Source: Candidatus Thorarchaeota archaeon
Lineage (GTDB): Archaea; Asgardarchaeota; Thorarchaeia; Thorarchaeales; Thorarchaeaceae
Direction: 5' to 3'
Length of the DNA stretch: 25,642 nt
NCBI GenBank assembly: GCA_020348985.1
Contig: CP070761.1
Span: 2,655,088-2,680,729, forward strand
The notes beneath the pieces are model-generated. The model had not been told where the DNA came from, did not search any database, and was given only the letters and a program-made list of their open reading frames with translations. Of this stretch, positions 8,684-16,428 are shown piece after piece (position 1 is the stretch's first letter; each line of letters begins with the position of its first letter). The translations under genes were made by a program, and so were the position numbers.

Positions 8684-9100
8684 ATGCCTACAGTCTCAGA
8701 TGGTATGAAATCCGGAGGAACGACATTGTCGCTATTCGAGTACCATTGTTATAGGTGCGGCCATCAAAACTCTATCCAGACAGATATTCCCAGGGCCCCG
8801 GGCTACATTCACAAAGATTTGACCTGTGAATCCTGTGGTGATGAGACTCATGTGCTGCTAAGTGCGTGCCCGAATGAGTCTTGCGACAGTTTTGTCTACT
8901 GGATCAATGACTTGGAGATTCCCAAACTTGTGAAGACCTTCGCAAAGTACTTTGTTCACAATATGCAGACTGTAATCAACCGCGCTGCTGTACAAGGTAT
9001 CGAGATAGGTGTAGACACCACAGACAACTTCCCCCTGAACGCAAGTTGCTCTTGCGGCTCAAGGTTTGCAATTGAGATATCCATTCCAGACCTTGACTAA
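8684..9100 (+). CDS. Hypothetical multi-zinc-ribbon protein
   Basis: CYRCG, CESCG, CPNESC, CSCG motifs. Confidence 0.7.
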   Translation: MPTVSDGMKSGGTTLSLFEYHCYRCGHQNSIQTDIPRAPGYIHKDLTCESCGDETHVLLSACPNESCDSFVYWINDLEIPKLVKTFAKYFVHNMQTVINRAAVQGIEIGVDTTDNFPLNASCSCGSRFAIEISIPDLD

Positions 9101-9121
9101 GTGTCTGATTGCATCACGAAA

Positions 9122-9664
9122 TTACAGTAGTGCCATTGCAAGCTCGAGAAGGTTCTGCGGAGAGGCTGCGATTGTAACACCTAGCATCTCGCGGACTCTC
9201 TGTGCATTCTCGAGGTCTATCTGTCGCGTCTTGATCGAAAACGAGGTTCCATCGTGTGCGACAGTATCTATTTCGCCGGGGACTTGGTCAACGGGAAATA
9301 GCAGGACTGGTGTATTGCCTTTCAGGGTCTGAGCGACGGCATTGGTGACAAGCGTATCTGCAATGCCGTAGGCAATCTTCGCAGTTGAATTCGCAGTCAG
9401 AGGTGCAACAATGAGAATGTCATATCGGCCAAGTTGAAGTGGTCCTGCTACGAATGGAACGTTGGCGTTTGTCTCTTTCTTCACCTTGGAGAAGGCTTCA
9501 ATGAGTCTGTCCCAGATTTTGTACCATCTAAGAACCTGTTCAGCTGCCTTTGATACTATAACGTCGACTCTTGCATCAGTCTCTTTCTGAAGAGTAATCA
9601 TAGCGTCAAGGGTCTCCTCGATATGATCACCAGATCCAGTGATACCCCAGCAAACTCTAGCCAT
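9122..9664 (-). CDS. afpA: Archaeoflavoprotein AfpA family (HFCD-type FMN flavoprotein)
   Basis: WGITGSG, VSKAAEQVLRWY, APLTANSTAKIAYGIADTLVTNAVAQ, PVDQ. ATG at 9664 preferred. Confidence 0.82.
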   Translation of the reverse strand: MARVCWGITGSGDHIEETLDAMITLQKETDARVDVIVSKAAEQVLRWYKIWDRLIEAFSKVKKETNANVPFVAGPLQLGRYDILIVAPLTANSTAKIAYGIADTLVTNAVAQTLKGNTPVLLFPVDQVPGEIDTVAHDGTSFSIKTRQIDLENAQRVREMLGVTIAASPQNLLELAMALL

Positions 9665-9786
9665 TTCGACCACTACAGAACAGGTCACCTACGAGGAGAT
9701 ATGTTCTTCGTAGATGGAAGACCGATTGTCCTAAGGTAGGATTCATTTGTCAGAATGCAGCAATCGAGTGCCAGCGAGGGTATACG

Positions 9787-10776
9787 ATGTACAGAGCCAG
9801 TGTTGGCATCACGACGAATATGAAAGCAAAGGCCACCAATTGGATTGCTGATAATGCATCCTCGCTTGGAATCGAGACCATTTGGATTGGAGAAGATATC
9901 GACATCGGGCAAGATGTGTTTGTCCTAACTGCATGTGTTCTTCTTCGAGCACAAGAAGCTAGAGTGGGTACTGCCATAATTCCTGTTACAGTCCACAATA
10001 TCTCTACACTTGCAAGAGCAGCTCTGACATTACAGGAAATAGGACAAGGTAGGTTTGTTTTCGGAACAGGGATTGGGGGCATTCAGGATCTTCAGAGACT
10101 CGGGATCACTCTCAAGAGACCAGTGACGGACCTGAAGGCAGCTGTCAGCGTCCTTAGAAGACTATGGATTGGAGATTCAGTAACAGTGGAGAATGAGCTC
10201 TTCACACTCCAAGACTACAGTCTTCGAATCAGGAAGAGCAAAGCAATACCAGTCTTTCTTGGCGTCAGAGGGCCCAAGATGCTGGAGCTAGCCGGTCTGA
10301 TCTCAGACGGCGTGATTCTTTCGGGTCCGTTTGATTACCTGAAGAACGCAGTTGGCACTATTGATAGTGCCGCAATGATGGCAGGACGCAAAGACGCAGA
10401 AGTTGAGAAAGTGGCTTGGCTACCAACCGTTCCGACATTCAAAGGAGTCAAAGAGTCGCTAGCGAAACGGGTTGTATCGATTGTTGTAGCTGACATGCCT
10501 GAAGCGGTGCTAGACATGTTGGATGTGGACAGAGGGAGAGTCGATAAGATTCGAACTTCCGTAGAGGTGGAGGGCCCCGATGGTGGAATCCCTTATGTTA
10601 ACGACGAGCTTCTGGACATGTTCTCCATAAGCGGTGACAGGGATCATATGGTGGATAGATTCGAGGAACTCAGTAAGATAGGAATCTCCGAAGTGGTCTT
10701 GGGACCTCCCTTCTCAGGGGACTGGAGAGGTGCAATGAAGGACATATTCCAGGAGATTCACAGGAGACGTGATTGA
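9787..10776 (+). CDS. LLM-class (Mer-like) flavin/F420-dependent oxidoreductase
   Basis: VGTAII, GRFVFGTGIG, IPVFLGVRGPKMLELAGLISDGVIL, EVVLGPP. Confidence 0.85.
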   Translation: MYRASVGITTNMKAKATNWIADNASSLGIETIWIGEDIDIGQDVFVLTACVLLRAQEARVGTAIIPVTVHNISTLARAALTLQEIGQGRFVFGTGIGGIQDLQRLGITLKRPVTDLKAAVSVLRRLWIGDSVTVENELFTLQDYSLRIRKSKAIPVFLGVRGPKMLELAGLISDGVILSGPFDYLKNAVGTIDSAAMMAGRKDAEVEKVAWLPTVPTFKGVKESLAKRVVSIVVADMPEAVLDMLDVDRGRVDKIRTSVEVEGPDGGIPYVNDELLDMFSISGDRDHMVDRFEELSKIGISEVVLGPPFSGDWRGAMKDIFQEIHRRRD

Positions 10777-11681
10777 AGCTGAAGTTCGGGTTGGCACTCA
10801 ATGTTCGCGAGAGATTGGATGAGATCCTTAGGTTAGGAAAGATGGCCTATGAAGGTGCTATCGACACTCTTTGGGTTGTTGACTTCCCCGCAACCCGGCT
10901 TGCACCTGTGGTGGCTTCGGCGATTGCTCACGAGCTCGATGACATGCGGCTAGGAATTGGTCTAGTCAGCCCATTCCTTCACAGACCTAAACAGATTGTC
11001 CGTTTCATAGAGAGCCTTGTCGCCCAGTTTGGGGATAGATTTGATCTTCTCCTTGGGCCGGGGGACATTTCGTTACTTGCGAAGGTTGGTGTGGAGGTCG
11101 ATTTCTCAACCTTGTTGAAGAGAATGAAGACAGACATAACCACCATAGAGGAGATGCTTCAAAATCTTGGAATCAGAACTAGCGTGCTTCTTGGTGCGCA
11201 GGGACCAGGATTGATAAGACTGTCAACAATGACAGATGGTGTGCTCCTCAATTACTCAGACCCCAAGATGATAGAGTGGGCCATGAAAAGACTGGGAGAG
11301 ACCTCTGATGCCTTTCAGATAGGAGTGTTTCCACCTACTTTCCTCACTGAGAAAGATGACTGTGAAAATCACCTCGGATTTCTCATCTCTGCAGCCATAG
11401 TAGCTTTGGGACTGAATCGTTCGATATCCAAGGAATTTGGATTGGAAGATGCTCTGGCCAAGGCAAGGAGAGCAGTGAAGACCAAAGGAGGAGTTGATTC
11501 AGAGGTCGTGGAGATTCTGGGAAAAGACACAGTCAGAATGTTCGGTCTGTGTGGATCAACTGATGAGACTCGTGAGTACGTTAGGACACTCAGCAAGATA
11601 GGGGTAGATCAGATTGTGTTTGGACCGCCTCTTGGAACTGAAGGTCGACAGGTTGAGCTTCTCGCCAATGTCATTCAGTAG
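10773..11681 (+). CDS. Second, more divergent LLM-class (Mer-like) oxidoreductase
   Basis: RFDLLLGPGD, LGAQGPGLI, DGVLLN, GVDQIVFGPPLG. 4-nt overlap with the upstream paralogue. Confidence 0.8.
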   Translation: MKLKFGLALNVRERLDEILRLGKMAYEGAIDTLWVVDFPATRLAPVVASAIAHELDDMRLGIGLVSPFLHRPKQIVRFIESLVAQFGDRFDLLLGPGDISLLAKVGVEVDFSTLLKRMKTDITTIEEMLQNLGIRTSVLLGAQGPGLIRLSTMTDGVLLNYSDPKMIEWAMKRLGETSDAFQIGVFPPTFLTEKDDCENHLGFLISAAIVALGLNRSISKEFGLEDALAKARRAVKTKGGVDSEVVEILGKDTVRMFGLCGSTDETREYVRTLSKIGVDQIVFGPPLGTEGRQVELLANVIQ

Positions 11682-11684
11682 GCC

Positions 11685-13196
11685 CTAGGAATACAGATCA
11701 GCACGACTCTTCTTTTGCCCATCAACGTCGAATTGCTCTATGTAAGTCGCCAAGTCCAACTCATCTGTCGATACCATCCATCCTTGGGCACCGTAGCTCC
11801 AGTTAGTTACCAAGTCAAGCATGGAGCGAGACCCAAGTGCCGAGATCGTCATAATAGGATGAACAGCATGCACACCGCTATTCTGTTCAAGTGAGCGGAA
11901 GGTCTGGTAGTATTCCACCTGATGGTTTCCAGGAACTTGTATCCAGAGCAAGACACCTCGATTTGAGAAGTAGTACATAGACGTCGGCAGGTAGGGAAGA
12001 GTAGACAGGATTTTCTGTTTCCAAGCGTCTTCACAGATTATCTCAAAACAGAAGCTTGTTGACAGTGAGAGACCCCCGAATATCGCATATGGAAGAACTG
12101 TTTCGCGTGAGAACAGCTTCCTAATTGAGTGAGAGACCTGCCTTGGCTCAATGTCCCATCCTGTCATTTGCAGTGATTCGCTCATTGAACCGGGGGACGC
12201 TCTGCAGTCAATCGCCAACTTCGAAGCAACCAAGAAGTCGTTCGACGTGAATCCCTTCTGGAGTCCCTTGTTGGCAAGTATACGAGGTGGTTTTTCGACA
12301 GCGGGAATCTCATCTTTGGTCAGAGAAGATCGAAACTCTTCCGGAAACTGCCAGGCATCCCCAACGTAAAGGGACAGGTTTGACTCTGACCCCACAGCTT
12401 CGCGTATGTGCACACTGTGGTAGTCAAACACTGACGAGGCCAGATCTTGAATGCTCTCAATGAATACTGATTGATTGCGTTGACTATTTGGAATCAAGAA
12501 CACCACGTAACCAAGATCTGACATGTCAGTTGTGACCACGGATTTTGTGAACGGGAAAGTTGCTAGTCCGTCGCTGAGAACAGGCCAGTCAATGTCATCT
12601 TTGACTGAGAAGAACAGAATAATCGATTGAAGGCCGAAGGCGGTCACATCAACAAGACAGGCAAATCGGATTCTGTGTCTTTCTCTTAGCCTTTTCAGCG
12701 AACGAGAAACAGTGCGTGGGGCAAGCATAATTGATTTCGAAGCGTCGGATATGGAGGCCATTGGATCTCTGAGGATGTGTGCCAAGACCTCATAGTCTGT
12801 TGCGCTGATTGCCATGTCTGACACGAGAAAAGCGAAATTGTGCGCAGAGCGGATGGAGTCTACAGTGACGAGGTTAAATTTCCTTAGTGTTTTGAGATTC
12901 TCTATTATGCGGTTCATGTATTCCTCTCTTACAGGGAGGAGAGTCGGATTGGAGGGGTTTCTTGTGAATTCAGGATTGTCCTTCAGATCCTCAACTTCCC
13001 TGCGTGCCCGTTCTAACGTTATCGATCCTGAGCACATTCCAAGGTAGATTCTCATCAGGCTTAGATAGAATTGCGCAGTTGGCTCTTCCACTGAAGGGAA
13101 GAGATCATCATACGGCGTCACAAATCCATTTGAGACTTCGGTCTCGGAACCTTTTCCTTTGTGAATCTCCTCTGTCGATGCAGGCCTGCGTTTCAA
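11685..13196 (-). CDS. Tandem Lrp/AsnC-like winged-HTH protein with an extra ~125-aa N-terminal domain
   Basis: HTH1 DYEVLAHILRDPMASISDASKSIMLAPRTVSRSLKRL plus VDVTAFGL linker; HTH2 DFLVASKLAID...RQVSHSIRKL. Each is followed by an alpha/beta segment. Confidence 0.7.
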   Translation of the reverse strand: MKRRPASTEEIHKGKGSETEVSNGFVTPYDDLFPSVEEPTAQFYLSLMRIYLGMCSGSITLERARREVEDLKDNPEFTRNPSNPTLLPVREEYMNRIIENLKTLRKFNLVTVDSIRSAHNFAFLVSDMAISATDYEVLAHILRDPMASISDASKSIMLAPRTVSRSLKRLRERHRIRFACLVDVTAFGLQSIILFFSVKDDIDWPVLSDGLATFPFTKSVVTTDMSDLGYVVFLIPNSQRNQSVFIESIQDLASSVFDYHSVHIREAVGSESNLSLYVGDAWQFPEEFRSSLTKDEIPAVEKPPRILANKGLQKGFTSNDFLVASKLAIDCRASPGSMSESLQMTGWDIEPRQVSHSIRKLFSRETVLPYAIFGGLSLSTSFCFEIICEDAWKQKILSTLPYLPTSMYYFSNRGVLLWIQVPGNHQVEYYQTFRSLEQNSGVHAVHPIMTISALGSRSMLDLVTNWSYGAQGWMVSTDELDLATYIEQFDVDGQKKSRADLYS

Positions 13197-13237
13197 TTTG
13201 GATTCAACGCCTCGAGTGCTCTCGTCTTATAGGCACT

Positions 13238-14311
13238 CTATTCGATATATGAAAGGATGTATTCCAATCCTCTTCGAGGTTCTCGTGAATCAGTAATGAA
13301 TGTGCTCATTTCTGCTGCTTGTTGGAAAGAGCGAGCCAAGGACATCGTCATCGTGTCCCATCGAGCTGCTTCAGGAATACGAAGCATAAGGACTACAAGC
13401 TCTGAACCAGAAACTAGACGGGCAGCCGGGAAGGTTCCCATCTGAGCATGCAAGAGCTGAATAAGAGCCCTGTTTTCAGGATTCATTCTAAGACAGACAG
13501 TCATCTGTTGAGGAAGGGCTATATTTTTGACTTCGACGTATGGCATTGCAACTCCTTTTCGTACTCGGGCCAACATCCTTCTCAGAGTTCTCCCCGAGGG
13601 TGCTGACAGTTTGTGTTCCTTGAAGAACTTCTGGAGTCGGCCTGCCGAGACATGGTACTCCTGTTCAAGTGCTGAAGCTACAGCTAGTTCGCTGATACCG
13701 CCGATGCCACCCTCGCTCTGTCGCATAGCTCTTATGGATGGAAGTACGTCAGCATAGTCTTTCAAGCCATCAATGGAGACTTGCAGGCGGAACCCGCTGT
13801 CAAATTCCCAATGTTTGCCCGTATACAGCCCTAGGCTAAGATGGTCTGCTATTTGCTGAGCTCGATCATGGACAATGGACAGTTTGTACGGTTTCTTCTG
13901 GAATCTCACTAGTTGGTTCAGGAATCTGCCATAGTGAGGACCACGGGGAAGAACCGCTTCGAAGTAGACCTTTTCGCCCATTGGCATTGATATCATTGAC
14001 TCTCTGGTCACGGATACGAACGGACTTGATGACAGCCAACGAGAGAAATTCCTAAGAGCTGTGCCGCCTCTCGAGATCTCAGCCCAGCCAAACACCAGGT
14101 CGATTCCCAATTTACCATAGTCCAGAAGCCCTCGAACTCTAAGTCCGTGTTCTCTCTCAAGCCTTCGCCATGTCTGATTCACTGCAGAGCGTGATACGTT
14201 CAACTCCTCTGCCAGTCTTACTTGCCGCAATGACGGTTCTATTGCCAGCCGTCTAAGGAATTTGAGCTCAGACGCTCCGAAAGCACGCATCACATACACG
14301 TCCATATCCAC
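13238..14311 (-). CDS. Tandem Lrp/AsnC-like winged-HTH protein, paralogue of the downstream gene
   Basis: HTH1 ELKFLRRLAIEPSLRQVRLAEELNVSRSAVNQTWRRL plus LDYGKLGI linker; HTH2 ELAVASAL...GRTLRRMLAR. SLGLYTGKHWEF matches NLSLYVGDAWQF of the neighbour. Confidence 0.72.
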   Translation of the reverse strand: MDMDVYVMRAFGASELKFLRRLAIEPSLRQVRLAEELNVSRSAVNQTWRRLEREHGLRVRGLLDYGKLGIDLVFGWAEISRGGTALRNFSRWLSSSPFVSVTRESMISMPMGEKVYFEAVLPRGPHYGRFLNQLVRFQKKPYKLSIVHDRAQQIADHLSLGLYTGKHWEFDSGFRLQVSIDGLKDYADVLPSIRAMRQSEGGIGGISELAVASALEQEYHVSAGRLQKFFKEHKLSAPSGRTLRRMLARVRKGVAMPYVEVKNIALPQQMTVCLRMNPENRALIQLLHAQMGTFPAARLVSGSELVVLMLRIPEAARWDTMTMSLARSFQQAAEMSTFITDSREPRRGLEYILSYIE

Positions 14312-14401
14312 GTATTATGGCCATTTGTTTAGTTCTACATGACTTCTGAGGTCACCTTTGTAGTTAAACTCTTCGCGTTATTCTTGCACACCATCATACT
14401 G

Positions 14402-14857
14402 GAGCGCTAGAAGAGTGCTAGAAGGCTTTCGAGGGCAGATCAGTATGCTTCCGGTTCTTTATTACTGGGATAATTCGAGTATTCTGTGTTCACAGTATAG
14501 GTCATACCTAGCTAACGCTAGTCGATACTGTAGTCCACAGTAGAGACTAGGTAGTGAGATGACGCCATATGATAGTCCACACTGGGACTCCCACACTGTG
14601 GTGGCACTTAGTAGAGACTAGATGCTGTCAGGAAAGGGGATGACCATAGTGAGCCATACCAAGGACCAGATACGAGGAGGTGAAAGAGATTAGCGCAGAT
14701 CGGATGAGAGCAATTTACGAGAGCATGACTGAGAATCGTACAGCACTCGAATTGATGTCCATCGGAGTAGTGCGAGGCATTTCCACTGTAGTGCAGCCGC
14801 CATGCGAGGAACCTAGTCCATTCTAGACACAGATCGGATATGTCTAGTTTAGTCTAG
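14402..14857. repeat. CTAG-rich region with phased CTAG pairs and short direct repeats
   Basis: CTAG at 14407, 14418, 14508, 14518, 14547, 14618, 14813, 14823, 14844, 14854. Direct repeats: AGTAGAGACTAG (14539, 14610), TAGTCCACA (14531, 14573), CAGATCGGAT (14696, 14830), GAGYGCTAGAA tandem (14402, 14413). Confidence 0.75.
14704..14826 (+). CDS. Micro-ORF MRAIYESMTENRTALELMSIGVVRGISTVVQPPCEEPSPF (an internal GTG at 14791 would give 11 aa)
   Basis: Manual translation. Perfect GGAGGTGA at 14676-14683 upstream, with an in-frame ATT at 14689. C-terminus resembles the 14951 peptide. Confidence 0.4.
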   Translation: MRAIYESMTENRTALELMSIGVVRGISTVVQPPCEEPSPF

Positions 14858-14950
14858 CCTTGCATAAGATTGCCTACAGTAAGCCACGTAGCTGGTTCCT
14901 GGAATAGATGGTTCATGCTGTGATGATTCTTAGGAAGGAGAGAGAGCAGA

Positions 14951-14986
14951 ATGGATCCAGATTTCCCAGAACCAACACCTTGGTAA
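14951..14986 (+). CDS. 11-aa micro-ORF MDPDFPEPTPW
   Basis: ATG GAT CCA GAT TTC CCA GAA CCA ACA CCT TGG TAA, with AGGAG at 14936-14940 upstream. Confidence 0.45.
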   Translation: MDPDFPEPTPW

Positions 14987-15035
14987 AAGAACGAAACGAA
15001 ACATTCGGAAAATATGAAAAACAGGAGAAAAGACA

Positions 15036-15284
15036 ATGATAAGGACTGAAGCAATAACCCGTGAGAGCTTCATGAGCCCAGAAGAAGGCCGAGAAGTTGA
15101 CGTAATCAACGATTCGGAGCTTGTTCGGCTAGTAGCTCTTAACTTGGAACTGGCGGTCAGAAACCTGATCACTTCTCAGGTATCACCAGACTGCTGCGTC
15201 CTCACGGCCGATATATGCACACACAGACTTGTCGCCATGCCTGAAAAGAATGGTGAGATCAAAGTACTTGTGTATGATGCATAG
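15036..15284 (+). CDS. Hypothetical 82-aa protein
   Basis: CAGGAG ribosome-binding-like site at 15022-15027; protein-like composition (helix followed by beta strands). Confidence 0.7.
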   Translation: MIRTEAITRESFMSPEEGREVDVINDSELVRLVALNLELAVRNLITSQVSPDCCVLTADICTHRLVAMPEKNGEIKVLVYDA

Positions 15285-15319
15285 TGTACGCGCCATGCGT
15301 GAGGTGTTCGGGAGAGGCA

Positions 15320-15430
15320 ATGACCTCTCCTGAGTGTTCCGACCCAGAGGGTGAGAAAGAGAATGAGGCTCCAAAAGAGCAGCACCGGTATGAGTACAAT
15401 AATACATCCGATGCTAGCTACTACTTCTAG
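15320..15430 (+). CDS. 36-aa acidic micro-protein MTSPECSDPEGEKENEAPKEQHRYEYNNTSDASYYF
   Basis: Manual translation. GAGGTG and GGAGAGG just upstream; follows the 82-aa ORF on the same strand. Confidence 0.55.
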   Translation: MTSPECSDPEGEKENEAPKEQHRYEYNNTSDASYYF

Positions 15431-15495
15431 ACCTGCATACTGTGAATAAGGAGTCTAGACCCTCTCTACGGAAACCTCAAATGACCACGTCACTA

Positions 15496-15560
15496 TTCCA
15501 AGGGCAACTGCCTTGGAAGACCTTCTTAGCTGTATAAGTATGGACAATTAAGAGAAGGTC
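15496..15560. terminator. Two adjacent hairpins closing the micro-ORF cluster
   Basis: TTCCAAGG 15496-15503/CCTTGGAA 15511-15518; GACCTTCT 15519-15526/AGAAGGTC 15553-15560. Confidence 0.4.
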
Positions 15561-15703
15561 GAATCTTATTCTGTGATCGAACCAAACGAAATTGGTGTCT
15601 ATTTCTGATGGCCAAGATTCAACAGATGCTAGTGGTACTGTTATATGCGGCTTGAGGTAGTCTGCCAAGCGTAGCGACTCAGAAAAACGTAAGACCACGG
15701 TGA

Positions 15704-16357
15704 TTGAGCATGGAAAACAACGACAAGCGAGCCCTAAAGATCATTAGCCGCCTGGACGGGGCATATCCTGGTGCACCTGCAACTTATCTGGCCTACAAGA
15801 ACGCATTCGAAATGTTAGTCGCAACGATTCTCTCCGCCCATACTGCCGATGCTTGCGTCAATACGATAACACCTGAGTTGTTTAGGAGATGCCCAAATCC
15901 AAAGACCATGATGGAGACCAGTCTGAAGGATCTCGTTGAACTCATTCGTCCCTGTGGAACTTACAATCGAAAGTCGGAATACATACAGGGAACAGCAAGG
16001 ATGATTGTGGAGGATTTCTCCGGGGAGGTACCGCGTACTATGGAGGACCTTGTGAGACTCCCAGGAGTAAGCAGAAAGACTGCAAACGTTGTACTCTCCG
16101 TTGTTTTCAACAGGAATGAGGGCATAGTAGTTGACACCCACGTCATGCGTGTTTCAGGCCGTCTTGGATTGACCTATCAAGACAAGAATCGTGACAAAGC
16201 AGAACGAGAACTGATGGAGATAGTGCCGCGGGAGCAGTGGTACGAATATGCACGCCTTATCGGGGCGCACGGACGAAGGACTTGCAGTGCTCGAAAGCCA
16301 AATTGTGATGAATGCTCAGTTAGAAATCTCTGTCCTTCGAGGGGGAAGTTCGCATAG
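15704..16357 (+). CDS. nth: Endonuclease III
   Basis: FEMLVATILSA, HhH LPGVSRKTANVVL, VDTHV, [4Fe-4S] motif C-x6-C-x2-C-x5-C. Confidence 0.95.
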   Translation: MSMENNDKRALKIISRLDGAYPGAPATYLAYKNAFEMLVATILSAHTADACVNTITPELFRRCPNPKTMMETSLKDLVELIRPCGTYNRKSEYIQGTARMIVEDFSGEVPRTMEDLVRLPGVSRKTANVVLSVVFNRNEGIVVDTHVMRVSGRLGLTYQDKNRDKAERELMEIVPREQWYEYARLIGAHGRRTCSARKPNCDECSVRNLCPSRGKFA

Positions 16358-16428
16358 AGCAAGAATCACCCGAAGAGGCTAAAAGAGTGGCAACATCGAA
16401 AAAGCGATACAGGAGTGCAGCCTGACTG

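Noticed and set aside
14520-14625. Mini-CRISPR array
   Set aside because: The repeats are only 9-12 bp, have two copies each, are irregularly spaced, and no cas genes are present.
14445-14732. One + strand frame broken only by three TAG codons (14541, 14619, 14691), suggesting pyrrolysine readthrough
   Set aside because: TAG ends conserved genes here at their expected C-termini (nth, sor, rubrerythrin-like), no pyl genes are in the window, and the TAGs are explained by local CTAG/TAG enrichment.
14908-15039. 43-aa alternative-frame ORF overlapping the 11-aa peptide and the start of the 82-aa gene
   Set aside because: No Shine-Dalgarno-like site, and the composition reflects an A/G-rich spacer. 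Not excluded, but less supported than the 14951 ORF.
15477-15698. 73-aa minus-strand ORF
   Set aside because: No recognisable motif, it leaves no room for promoters (starts 5 nt from nth), and it overlaps hairpins.
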